DNA of 63,408 nucleotides, counting the filler, from Corallochytrium limacisporum Hawaii (taxonomy: Eukaryota; Protista; Pluriformea): the NCBI GenBank assembly GCA_002811645.1. It is 4 parts of 4 records of this genome, joined end to end, with 100 filler letters (N's around TTAATTAATTAA, not from the genome) between each part and the next. Parts side by side here need not be neighbours in the genome. Positions count along the whole stretch, not along the records: positions 24,980 to 40,805 come from PDIP01000188.1; positions 40,906 to 61,104 come from PDIP01000067.1; 2 more parts are not named here. The stretch is one strand, 5' to 3'. Below, one piece after another: positions 32,825 to 43,900 of the stretch. A model generated the notes under the pieces. That model searched no databases. It saw only the letters and a program-made list of their open reading frames with translations, and was not told the DNA's origin. The position numbers and the translations under genes were made by a program. How positions within the stretch are numbered: the stretch's first letter is position 1; each line of letters starts with the position of its first letter.

Positions 32825-35818
32825 TTAACGTGTGTAGCTGGGCTGCGGGTAGGTTGGCATCTGCTGCTGCTGGTGATATGCTTCCGGTGTGAAGTCAGGC
32901 GGCTGATCCACGTACATGCCCGTGTCACCAGGGGGGTGCGCCTGAGGCGGATAGCCTGCGGGAGGATAGCCCGGTGGGGGATAGCCATCGTGGGCATAGC
33001 CAGAGGGAGGATAGCTATCCTGTGCATAGCCACCCACAGGGGTGGCTCCCGCAGGGCTGCTGCCGTTCGTCGTGTTACTCCAGCGCTGATCTTCTGGTCG
33101 GGGCACGGTCTGATTCGCAGCCTGGGCCTTGCGCTGGCGGCGGGAGCGAAGGGTCATCACACCGAGCACGAGAAGGGTCACGGCCGCCAGGCAACCAAGG
33201 ACGATGCCGGCAATGGCGCCTGCAGAAACCCCGTCGTCGTCGTCGGCGCTGGAGGGCTCGAAGGAACCAACACAACCGTTTCCGTCCGAGCACGAGTCAA
33301 AGAAATCACCACTTTCCTCGTCCATCACCAGACCGCCAGTGACATCTGAGGTACAGGTGCCAGAACTCAGCTGGCTCAAGTCGTTCTGGAGGCTAGTCGC
33401 CAGTTCTACCGCCTGGGCATCACTGGTCACGGAGCGAATGATGACGGTCACGGCCACACCGTTGGCACCGTCCGGAGCCTGCTCGATATTAAGAATATCT
33501 AGCTGGTCGGTAGGCACCCCAAGGATACTGGCCAGGTCGCTCTCAAAGCAACTGGCATAGTCAGAGCGGGCCTGGGTGCGCGGCTGCAAATCAGCAATGT
33601 CCTTGTCGGCCACGAAGCCAAAGATGACGCTACTCGGTTCCACGAGGTTACGGGACAGACCGCAGTAGTCAAAGAAGCCGTCATCGTCAAAGTTTGCCAA
33701 CTGTCCGGCATCAATAGCAGTCACAACGTTCTCCAGAAACGAGACATAGTTACTGGCGGACATTAAACGAGTGGTGTCGTAAACTTCGCCGCGGGCATCA
33801 CCCTCGAGCAATTCGTATTCAAAGGGTTTCTCGGTCTGGCCAATGAATAGCGTTAGGTGGTTCACGGACATATCTACGTTGGTGGGGAAGGCCGTGAAGC
33901 CATATTGCCGGGCAGCGTCTTGCCAACTGACAATGATGCCACCGCCAGTGAACGCGCTCGAGTTCATGGGTTCGCCCAAAATACCACCGTACGTGTACAC
34001 GGCAGCACGGCCGTAGCGGCGCATCTGTCCGAGGAAGAGGGAGCACGCACTGCCACAGGTACCGTCAGACACGATGACAACGTTGTCAAAGTGGTGAGTG
34101 GACTGTGGAAGGCCCTCAATGTTCAGGAAGTCCACACACTCGTCAAGGTAGGCTGGTGTAGTGTACGTGTCGGAGGCAGTCCCGCCAAAGTCGTAGGAGG
34201 TCGAGTTGTCGAACCATTCGTCAAAGGACAACTCGCTCCCCGAGCTGCAGGCCTCAGCAAACGAACCATCAATGTTGTTAATTCTCCTTGCCGCCGCGGT
34301 GCTGCGGATAATGTAGGTCTCCAGGGCCTCATCCTGCTCCCAATCTGGATTCAGGGCATAGGAGAGATATTTGGCCAGGCAGACAATGCCGCCACCGTTG
34401 CCAGAGACATCAACAATCAGATTGGGTACGTTGTCAGAGTTACCAACATCCACCGTGAACTCAATAAGGCCGATCACTTCGTTGATGTAGGTGTTAATGT
34501 CCGACTGGCTGGTCAAAGGGGAAAAGCCGGCAACGTCCAGCACCAGCGTGTCGGTGCCGTATTGGTAGAGGACCCAGGAGCCTTCACTGATGGCGCCCAG
34601 ATCTCTGAAGAGGTTGGTCTGACGGCGTGTATCGGTGCCAATGCTCTCGAGTTTGCTATTGCGGAATGAGATGTAGTCCTCGGTAAGCAGACGGCTACGA
34701 TTCTCCCGCTGCTGGTCTTCCAAGTGCATTGACTGCCGCTTGGGCATCTGGTCCTCCTGGACGTACAATTTTTCTACCCGGACGGGGTTTCCACCGTAAT
34801 TTTCTCCGCTGCCAGCCCATGCCACGGCACCGTCGTCGTCCGCCTGGTCCCACTGGGCGTTCTTGACCCAAGCCTGGAGCTGGGCTTTTCTGGTCTTGAA
34901 GGGGTTGCCTGCCAGCATGCGCAGGCGCATTTCATTGCCGTTCCGATCGATGCTCACAAACATGTCCCGGATGTTCCGCTTCACGGCGGACAGGGTGCGA
35001 TCCACCACGTCGGCACCATTGGCAAACTTGGTCGACGCGAAGCCCACAATCATGTACTTGAAGTTTCCACTCGAGCCATCCGAAAAGTCAAGACTGACCG
35101 TATCCGAAGACGGCAGTGGGATTTCAGACAGAGAAATGTAAGGCATATCATACATGACCAGTGCGTTAAAGCGCACGCTCTCGCTCAGACTGAATGCCTG
35201 CTGCCTGGCCCACTCAATGAATTGATCCTGGGGACTGTTGCCGTCTATGCTGGTAACCACCTTGTTCTCACTGCCAGCGTAGGCGTTGGCATTGCCATCC
35301 AAAATTCCCGGAACGGTGCTCCCAAAGACTTGGGTCGACGCCCCGCTGTTGAATGTCATGCTGGAGCCGTTGCTGGAGACGGAGAATTGAAAGGGCAGCA
35401 GCACAACCATCTGCGAGTATGGGTCCGGCATGGAGTATGTGGTATGCGCATCGTTTAGACTTGCAAATGCTTCGTTGATAGCCCGGTGGAAAGCGAAATC
35501 TGAGCTGTAGTTGGTAATCTCAATGGTGTCCAGCAGGGCAGGCAGGTCCACTTCCTGGTTGTAGGGGGGAATCCTGCCCTTCTGAAGTGTGGTATAGCTG
35601 TAGGCTTCTGCAACGTCACGTAGAGCAGCAATAGTAGCGTCCCGTACATTGGAATTGAAAGGAGTGTCGTCCAGGCAGTCCCTGATGTCTGAAACAGTGC
35701 CGACGTAGGCGCCAACATTTGGATTGTAGGTCAGGTCAGTGCAGGCATCGCCAGCAACCAGTGAGGTCATCAGCGCCGCCGTGGCAATGGTAGCCTTGAC
35801 AATTTGGTTTCCCTGCAT
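32825..35818 (-). CDS. Type I membrane protein: S41-family (CPAF-like) peptidase ectodomain, SEA-like juxtamembrane domain, TM helix, GYPP-rich tail
   Basis: Signal peptide; SLNDAHT, IVDVSGNGGG, SDGTCGSACS (catalytic Ser); TM GAIAGIVLGCLAAVTLLVLGVM; tail YPPSGY..YPPPGYPPAGYPP. Confidence 0.8.
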   Translation of the reverse strand: MQGNQIVKATIATAALMTSLVAGDACTDLTYNPNVGAYVGTVSDIRDCLDDTPFNSNVRDATIAALRDVAEAYSYTTLQKGRIPPYNQEVDLPALLDTIEITNYSSDFAFHRAINEAFASLNDAHTTYSMPDPYSQMVVLLPFQFSVSSNGSSMTFNSGASTQVFGSTVPGILDGNANAYAGSENKVVTSIDGNSPQDQFIEWARQQAFSLSESVRFNALVMYDMPYISLSEIPLPSSDTVSLDFSDGSSGNFKYMIVGFASTKFANGADVVDRTLSAVKRNIRDMFVSIDRNGNEMRLRMLAGNPFKTRKAQLQAWVKNAQWDQADDDGAVAWAGSGENYGGNPVRVEKLYVQEDQMPKRQSMHLEDQQRENRSRLLTEDYISFRNSKLESIGTDTRRQTNLFRDLGAISEGSWVLYQYGTDTLVLDVAGFSPLTSQSDINTYINEVIGLIEFTVDVGNSDNVPNLIVDVSGNGGGIVCLAKYLSYALNPDWEQDEALETYIIRSTAAARRINNIDGSFAEACSSGSELSFDEWFDNSTSYDFGGTASDTYTTPAYLDECVDFLNIEGLPQSTHHFDNVVIVSDGTCGSACSLFLGQMRRYGRAAVYTYGGILGEPMNSSAFTGGGIIVSWQDAARQYGFTAFPTNVDMSVNHLTLFIGQTEKPFEYELLEGDARGEVYDTTRLMSASNYVSFLENVVTAIDAGQLANFDDDGFFDYCGLSRNLVEPSSVIFGFVADKDIADLQPRTQARSDYASCFESDLASILGVPTDQLDILNIEQAPDGANGVAVTVIIRSVTSDAQAVELATSLQNDLSQLSSGTCTSDVTGGLVMDEESGDFFDSCSDGNGCVGSFEPSSADDDDGVSAGAIAGIVLGCLAAVTLLVLGVMTLRSRRQRKAQAANQTVPRPEDQRWSNTTNGSSPAGATPVGGYAQDSYPPSGYAHDGYPPPGYPPAGYPPQAHPPGDTGMYVDQPPDFTPEAYHQQQQMPTYPQPSYTR

Positions 35819-38800
35819 GGTTCGCTGTGTCAGTTTCTGCTTTCACTCTCCGGATGCGGTTAATGTTCCTAGGAATGGTAATTATCCCGTTCAGTGTTAC
35901 TGAAACGATGCTTTTCTAAACCACTTGCAGCAGTCAATACCAGTCAACCAGCTGTATGTGTCTTTGTTGTTCAGGAAGGTCTCCCGAACGCTCAAGTTCA
36001 CCCGACCCTTGTAGTGTTCTTCTACTTCTTTACATTCAAGGGACCGCGTCTCTTCATTACCATGAAGAAATACTAATATGATGCAACTAAGCACATTAAG
36101 GATCGATCACTCTCGGCTCCCAAGAACCTGCTCTGCAACGGTGCACGGCATCAGCCGGTAAAGCGGCCCAACACGCCATCACCTTAAGCGCTCGTTACAC
36201 TCGCGGCCGTCGCACGGTCGAACAAATCAAAGGTCTTTAAGAATAAGCCACGCACACGAACCACGGAAAAATAATCAAGAAGGACTGGTTTACACAATAA
36301 CGCACACAAATCATCGACTCCTGCAAAAACTGAAAGATGGCGACACTGCAACACGGACCCTCCTCCGATCGCTCCAATCACCAAAAAGACCGGGCGAGCA
36401 AAGCCCCTGCGGGGATGTCCCCGAACCATTCCCTCCCCATCACCCTCGGGGGGGGTCCCCATATGTTCTCTACGCAGTCCACTTGCCCGGAAATTCTTCA
36501 GAGAACACACCAAAGAAAAAGAGAGAGCGAGAGAGGGAAGCGAGAAAGGGGGAGAAAAGTGTGACTCTGGTCCCAAGCGAAACGATCGATTTAACTGAAG
36601 ATTTTGGCTCTCTCCCCTCCCGGCAGCACCATTCCACGGCAACCACTTACTCAATGAACTGCTGATTTCGGGCACCTTTCGGTAAATGGGCTCCGCGTGA
36701 GTGCGTATTGAGCGAATTCGACCGCGCAGGTCTCGCCGCTCGCAAGGGCCCCCTTTCCCCCCTCCACCCCGGCAGAGAGTGGCAGGGGGGGTAGGGGAGA
36801 CAGAGCAGGCGGGGAGAGGTTGGTCTGGTCCTTCCTTCCTTCGTTGCTTTTATCTCCCCANNNNNNNNNNNNNNNNNNNNNNNNNNNNNNNNNNNNNNNN
36901 NNNNNNNNNNNNNNNNNNNNNNNNNNNNNNNNNNNNNNNNNNNNNNNNNNNNNNNNNNNNNNNNNNNNNNNNNNNNNNNNNNNNNNNNNNNNNNNNNNNN
37001 NNNNNNNNNNNNNNNNNNNNNNNNNNNNNNNNNNNGGTTGGTCTGGTCCTTCCTTCCTTCGTTGCTTTTCTCCCCCCAGCGAGCCCCTTGCCCCCCCCCC
37101 CTCCCTTCCTTCCTCCAACCCGCCGGATATGGCCAAAGGCGAGGGTTCTCACTGCTGGCTCACTGCTGGCTCTCACTACTGCTCGCTCTCGCTCTCGCTC
37201 TCGCTCTCGCTCTCGTTCTCTCTTCTTTTCTTTCCCGGAGTTATCCACTGCGCAAGACAGGGAAATACAAAAAGGGCGGTGCAGGGGCCGAGACACCCGG
37301 AGCGAGCTTCTGCCCCTGCACTTGAGCCATACAAAACGCACGCTACACACACACACACACACTCTCTCTCTCTCTCTCAAGCCGCGCGGGGGACCAAGAC
37401 ACGACCCCAAACCACGAACGCCTCGAACCCCAGCAGGCCTTTCCTTCAAAAGGCAATGCGAAATGACGATGAAACGGGTGAAAGTGATGAGAGCAACCAG
37501 GCAACTGAGTTGACCTCGGTGTCGGAGGTACGGGAAGCGGTTCAGGGAGGGAGGGGGAGGCGGTGAGAAAAGAGGAAATTTAAATTTTCAAGAAAAAAAA
37601 AGAGGAAATCCACGTACTTCACACCCTGCCGCATTTGTCATTGTCATTTCCCTGAATTTGCTCTGGATTCGCTTTCGTTCTCAATTTGAGCTCTCTCTCT
37701 ACCTCTCTTTCCTCTCTCTACCTCTCTCTCTCTCTCTACCTCTCTCTCTCTATAGCTCTCTCTCTAGCTCTCTATCGTCCGTGTGTGTGTGCCGGCCGCT
37801 TCTCATTGCCTTTCTGTCACACAGAACGGAATGGAATGCGACAGAAGCTTTTCGGTGGAACATTAGAACACGAGGAAGGAAAATGTTAGGCGCTCAAGAA
37901 CTGGCTTCGTCATGCTCTCGCCCCCCCCCGCTCCGGTTTGTCTGGACTCGTTCTCTGGGAACACAGACACACGATCCGCGAATGTAGACGAAAATCCTAA
38001 ATGGCCATAACAAATTTCAGTACATTCGCATATGTTTTGGAGTGTATTTCGTACTTCTCCGTCGCTTCGAGGACGCCCGGGAAACCCCCGGGGAGGGAGG
38101 GGGGCGCCGGCGGGAGACAGACGCCTGCAAGCGTTTGAAATCTCCAAGGTCGTCGTTGAATTTTACATTATTTCAGTACTGCCGGCCGTGCTAATCCAGA
38201 GCCCCTAGCAGCAGCACCCAACCCCCCAAATTTTAAAATAGCCAACAAAGAAGGAAGGAATAACACCGGACCAACGGTTGTGATTGACGACGGAGGTGTA
38301 ACGCTGGGGATAGCAAAAAAAAAAAAGGAAGGAGCGGGGGAATAAGAAAAAAAATGAACAAAGATCAAGAAAAATAGAAACTAACCAACACACAAAAGAA
38401 AAAAGAATTGTAGAAAATCCATGGCGATTTAAATGGCTCTGTGCCTCTCTCATTCTCTCTCCTTCTTTTTTTTTCTTGTTCCATTTATTTCCATGTTTTT
38501 GGCCATAATCTCGCTCGCTATCGTGCATGACGTTGCGGCTCTTTTGTGCTACCAGAATAATATTACCAAACGGAATGGAACTGTGTGTCCGGAGCGAATA
38601 GCTGGGCTTGTGTGGGTGGATCTTCACCTAATCTATATGTCCTCATCACATGACATGCTCTAGACATCTTAGTACTCGGTATAGTTATTGGCAAATAGGC
38701 ACGCACATCTCAGTAATAATTGAGACATCACCATGGCCATCATTTCGGTTGGAACTGTCCGGAGTAAAAATGATTCAAGCACCCCGATGCGAAAGCCAAT

Positions 38801-40744
38801 CACAGCCATTGCGGGCGGGACACGGCCCCCCCCCTCCCAACGGACTGGTTCGCTGCGCAATGCTTAACGTGTCAGGATCTGTCAAAGTTAGGTGGGACTG
38901 TTGTCTAGGGTGTGTACAACGTTGACAAACTTTGTGCGAAAGAAAACGAAAAATAAAAGGAAAAAGCCTCCACATTGCCGGCTACGTTGTATCGCCCGTC
39001 CCTCCCTCTCTCTTTTCGTTTCCATTCGGGTCGCTACAGTCGCCAATTCGCCCCGTCGTCTCCTCCCCCACATAACACGGACCATGGGGAGAGAGGCCTT
39101 TCAGCTTCTGCTCTGGGAGCCCCACCACACGATCTGGAGGTGAGACTCGCCGACGATTCGCCGCTCCCGGTACTGAATGTACACTCAACCGTCGGTGGTT
39201 ACGAAGCCCCCCCCCACGGGGGGGGGACAACATGATATCACACACATAAAGCTTGTCCCGACAACCACGGCGGGTTACTCTGTTGGAGAAAGAAGGAGGG
39301 GGGTGGTGGGGTAGGGTTGTTCGTAAGTGGAAATATCTCCAAGCCAGTCGAAGGAGCGGCAAATTTTTCTTGGTCCCCCCCCACCCCTGGCGTACTCTGG
39401 CCGGCTTCTGATAACTTTTTGTAAACATACCGGCGAAAGATCTCCCCGGTGGAGGGTACTGCTGTTTCAGTGATCTCGCCCACTTGTCCAATTTTTCCTT
39501 GCCTGCAAGCCGTGATGATGAAAACGGACGATGATGAAGACCTACTCCCAAGAAGATGAGCACCGCGTCCACTACGGACTCGTACTGCAGCTTGATGTCC
39601 ATACCAAGAGCACCAGACGAAGGTACCATCCCTGGGGCACCATGGTGTGCTGATGCACACAAACTTGAGTGAATTTTTTCCCGACCATGTTGATTTGGAT
39701 GAGATGGATGCGCATACAACACTACTAGTAGAGAAGCCAGCGGGCAGCATCGCTCCAATCCAGGCGCAGCCTTGAGTATCTGCTGGTGTTGTCCAATCAC
39801 CGCTCCCTTTTTTCGGACTACTAAACAGCACTATTTCATAATAAATTGACTGAAATATTGCGCCGGCGGGGGGGGGGTTAGCACCCAGGGCTGGTGAAAA
39901 ATTCCAAAACCCCACATCTCAGCGGAAATCGTCGTGGCTTCTCCTTCAGAAGTTGTGAGTTGCAAGCTCCGAGCGATTCGTGAAGAGCAGGATTGTAGTA
40001 CTAAATATACTGACTTTCGATCTTGCTGGGTTCGCAAGAATACCAGAAGCAACGTAGAAACCCACGCTCGAAACCTGACAATAAAGCCGGAGCCGTTCGA
40101 GTCCCTGGTATCTGTCCGCGTGGCAGGTGTTTTTCTCGCCCCCCCCCCCCTCCGACCAAAACAAAAAGAAATAAAAGACTTCGTCACACTGCTACTCAAT
40201 TTCCTCTAAATACGAAACGTACTGCGAACCCCTTTACGCAGTTTGTCTCTTCTGTGTGGTTGGCCCATGGCGGGTAGAAGATGCACTTGGGCGGTGAGAT
40301 CATCCGCTTTTTCTTTCGCTAAAAAATTGCTCGAGCTCCGCAACCACCACCGGCCACTGCACTGCCAACGTCGCTTGGGCCCAACCGTCACCCCCCCCTC
40401 TTCTCTGCCCTCCCCTCCCCCACAACTGGTGCCATACAGCGGTGCCCGTTTCTATAGTGAACATAAGACACACTGTGACAAGAATTAGGCCCCCGGACAA
40501 GGGTCTCCTCCCCGACGACCAGCGAAAGCCTGTGTGTCGAAGAAAACAGGTGGGGACGGGAATCGGGGAACGCTCTCCCCCAGCGCCCCCCCCCCCGGGG
40601 TTTGCATTCATTCACTATGGAGCGGAGGCGACGAGGATTCTCTAGCTAGGCTCAGGAGGGGGAGCAGGCGCTATTGAACGGCAGGGTACCGCGCGCACCT
40701 GCCCATAAAAACATGAGTTGGGTGCCTTAGCCCAAAAAAAAAAC

Positions 40745-40957
40745 TACCAACCTCTGTTCAATAAAAAAGTGCATAATTTACATTATGGTTTGAAAGCTTC
40801 GTTTGNNNNNNNNNNNNNNNNNNNNNNNNNNNNNNNNNNNNNNNNNNNNTTAATTAATTAANNNNNNNNNNNNNNNNNNNNNNNNNNNNNNNNNNNNNNN
40901 NNNNNAATATTTATATAAACCTAAATTCCTCCTTAACTTATGGGGCAGAGGTTGGTA
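40745..40957. mobile_element. TA-flanked DNA transposon with both termini visible and the interior in a gap
   Basis: TA|CCAACCTCTG at 40745-40756 and CAGAGGTTGG|TA at 40946-40957: perfect 10-bp TIR with TA on both sides, AT-rich interior. Confidence 0.75.
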
Positions 40958-43900
40958 TATGTGTGTGCATTGCGACAATATTTCCATAGAGACTGAGGCG
41001 GTGGTGGGGGAACTGGGGCCGAAGCCCGACTCGGTGCCCCGTTGTATGAACCTGCTTGTACACGCTAACGAGATCCGCTGTTTTCGCTACGCAAGACCGG
41101 GTACTCATGACGTTTTTGCAACTCGCTTGGTTCCCCCCGGCCCATTGCCCCTACCCCACCCCCCCCCCCCCGGGGGGCCCCCTCTTTGCTGGGGGCCTAC
41201 TTTAAATATTTGACGAAATACACACCACGAAGTAAAAATGCGCGAAAATGTGAGCTCTGACTCTCTTTTGCAATTCTTGGGCTCCCGGCGATACGCGGGG
41301 GCTACTGCGGGTTGACTGGGCAGTTTACCGTTGCAGAGGAGACAGTGTGTGTTTTGTATGCGTGTGTAGGTGAACTGGGAGTATGGAGCCACACAAGCCA
41401 AAGTCGCCTTCGATCCTTGCCCGACCTCCGCTCTCCCTCCTCCCCCTGTTCCGCGACGTACCTCTGAGGTTGGGGAGGTTGGTCACCCAATGCGTGGGTG
41501 TGTGTGTGGTTTCGACCGTTGATCCTTCTCTGTCTCTTGGTCCCAAATGGAGATTTGTTCATAGACTCGGTACGAAGGAGTTAAAGAACTCGGAAACGAG
41601 AAAAAAAATCCTGCCTTCCCCGTGGCTTCCGAGCGATTAGAACCCCTGGGACTGGTCTTAGAGATTAGCGTAAGAGATTAAGGGACATCCAACATTCCCT
41701 TCCCTCATTCTTCACCTGAGTTCACACTGTATGGACATAGTAGAGTCTGAGTCGTGTGGATGGACCACCACAAACATACGCATACGCACACGCACACACA
41801 CATACGCATACGCATACGAACACTCTCACCCGGATGCACCGTTATTCCGCTGCTGCTGCTGATGTCAGGAAGTGTGAAAGAAGATCGAGAACACATGCAG
41901 TTTGTACATATCCCAGTCGAAAGGTACCACTGACACAATGTCAGAGTCCATATAGAATACCCTGAGATTTTACTCCCGCCTTCATCGACAGGATTAATAT
42001 GAGAAGCCAATGCTCCAGATAGGAGCATTGTGAGAAAAAGAATCGTTTGGGGCAGGGGGGCCAAATAAGCACGGTAGAACTACAATCGTCGGACCGGAGC
42101 ATAGTAAGAACCAAAAAAAAAAAAGGGAGAGACAACGGCGGACCAACGACATGACCCGGCAGGAAAGCAACAGATGCCCGCGGACTATCTTGAAAGTCAG
42201 TACGAGCAAAGAGGAAAGTTGGAAAAGAAAACGAAGAATTGAGATGGCGCGGGATGCGTACGGTTCTACAAGTGACGTCTGCCCACAGTGGCGCCCGCTC
42301 TTCTACCTTGCGCAGTGACGGGTTGATGTGATGGGGGGGAGAGGGTTGGCGGGTGGAGTGGTGCCCGGAAGACATGGTTTCTCCTCGGTGGATCAGTGTG
42401 ATACGCGGTATGGTAGGGGCGACGGCCACCGGGCAGTGGTGTTTCTCCCTACTGAATGTATGTGATTAGTGGAACTAGATGTGAATTCATCAATCAATTT
42501 TGCGGAAGATTATTTGGATAGTTTTCGAAAATTCATGGGCCGTGGACAATCTCTTTGGGGCAGGACTGTTACCCTTTTTGAGCGAGCGCGGGACAAAGGG
42601 CGCAGTCCTGGTACTGAATGTATTGAAATACATAATGCATTTTCTCCGCTTCCAGGCGAATCGAAGCAAACCTAACATCTACATGACCTCCCTCATTCGT
42701 TGCCGACATTCCCAATTGCGGCAAGTCTTATGGCTAGGCCAAAAGCGCAGCCCAACGCGACAGAACACAGGTATATAAAGTACCTAATTCGTTTTGTTCT
42801 ATCGTTGTGTGAAGAAAATTTTCTCTGAGATTGCTCTGGACTGCGCTGCTTGCGTATTCCAATCTATCAGCCAAGAGTTGTTGATCTCGAAGTGCCGGGG
42901 AGTGTGATGGGGCCCTCCATTGAGATAATATATTCATTATCTCATGTGCATTATAACGATTACAGCTGAAGAGAAATTTATCATTTTCTTGCGTGGGAGC
43001 TGGCATCGTCGGCCCCTCAGCGGCTTTCGTTCGAAACGTCGGCTGTAATGCCGTGGCGGGCAATGATTCCAAGCATACTGTAAATAGTGAATGTATGTGA
43101 TAAATGCGAAAAACGGTGACATTTCCTCCGTCATCTTTGCAGGGTGTTGAACAGATCACACCCAACCGGGGTTCAGTGCGAGCGAGCGCGAGACACACAG
43201 AGAGAGACACAGAGAGAGACACCCACACGCACAGAGACACAGAGAGAGAGAGAGAGAGAGAGAAAGTATGCGGGTGTGTTGTCTAGTGCGTACGTTCGTG
43301 CGTGTGTGGGTGTGCTACAGTGGAATGACTGACCGCGCAACCAGATGAGTATTCGGCGGGAGGTGATGAAATCGGAGGGAAACGGGGAAGCTGGTAACGC
43401 ACTCAGTACTGAAGATACATACTTTTCATTTACATGTCGCAGCTCGAATTGGAAGCGTTGCCGCGATACTGAACTAATTGAGTTAAATACCCCGCTATTC
43501 GTATTTTTTCCGATACTTGACTTTTATCTTATACATTACCATGCTACAGGAACACCTTCCGCTGGTGTCTGCAATCCTTCACGGACATGGGGCGAGTCCC
43601 CAGCTCGAGGGCATCTAACACCTCTGGGAGTGGAGTTGGTGTCCGATTTCAGGAGATTGTTGCCATCGGCATGCAATCGACCCATCTGCATGGCGAACAA
43701 GGGGCTCCTGCGGTGGCGGTGCTCTGCACTTTCTGTCGAGGGGTGTTGATCACACTTCCTTGTCTTGTGCCGGAGGAGTAAAGTATTAACATCGCAGTTT
43801 GCTTCGTTTGCAATTTTCCGTTCCTCCCTAACCTTTTTTTACTTTTTTTTCGCGGAGTGGCGGGTGGTGCTTACCGGTCGTTCGGTGGTGCTGGTACGCA

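Noticed and set aside
36818-37069. About 34-bp direct repeat on both sides of a gap
   Set aside because: Probably the same assembly artefact; cannot be called an LTR or TSD
41705-42064. ORF with a signal-peptide-like start
   Set aside because: Non-ATG start, runs into a microsatellite, no recognisable domain
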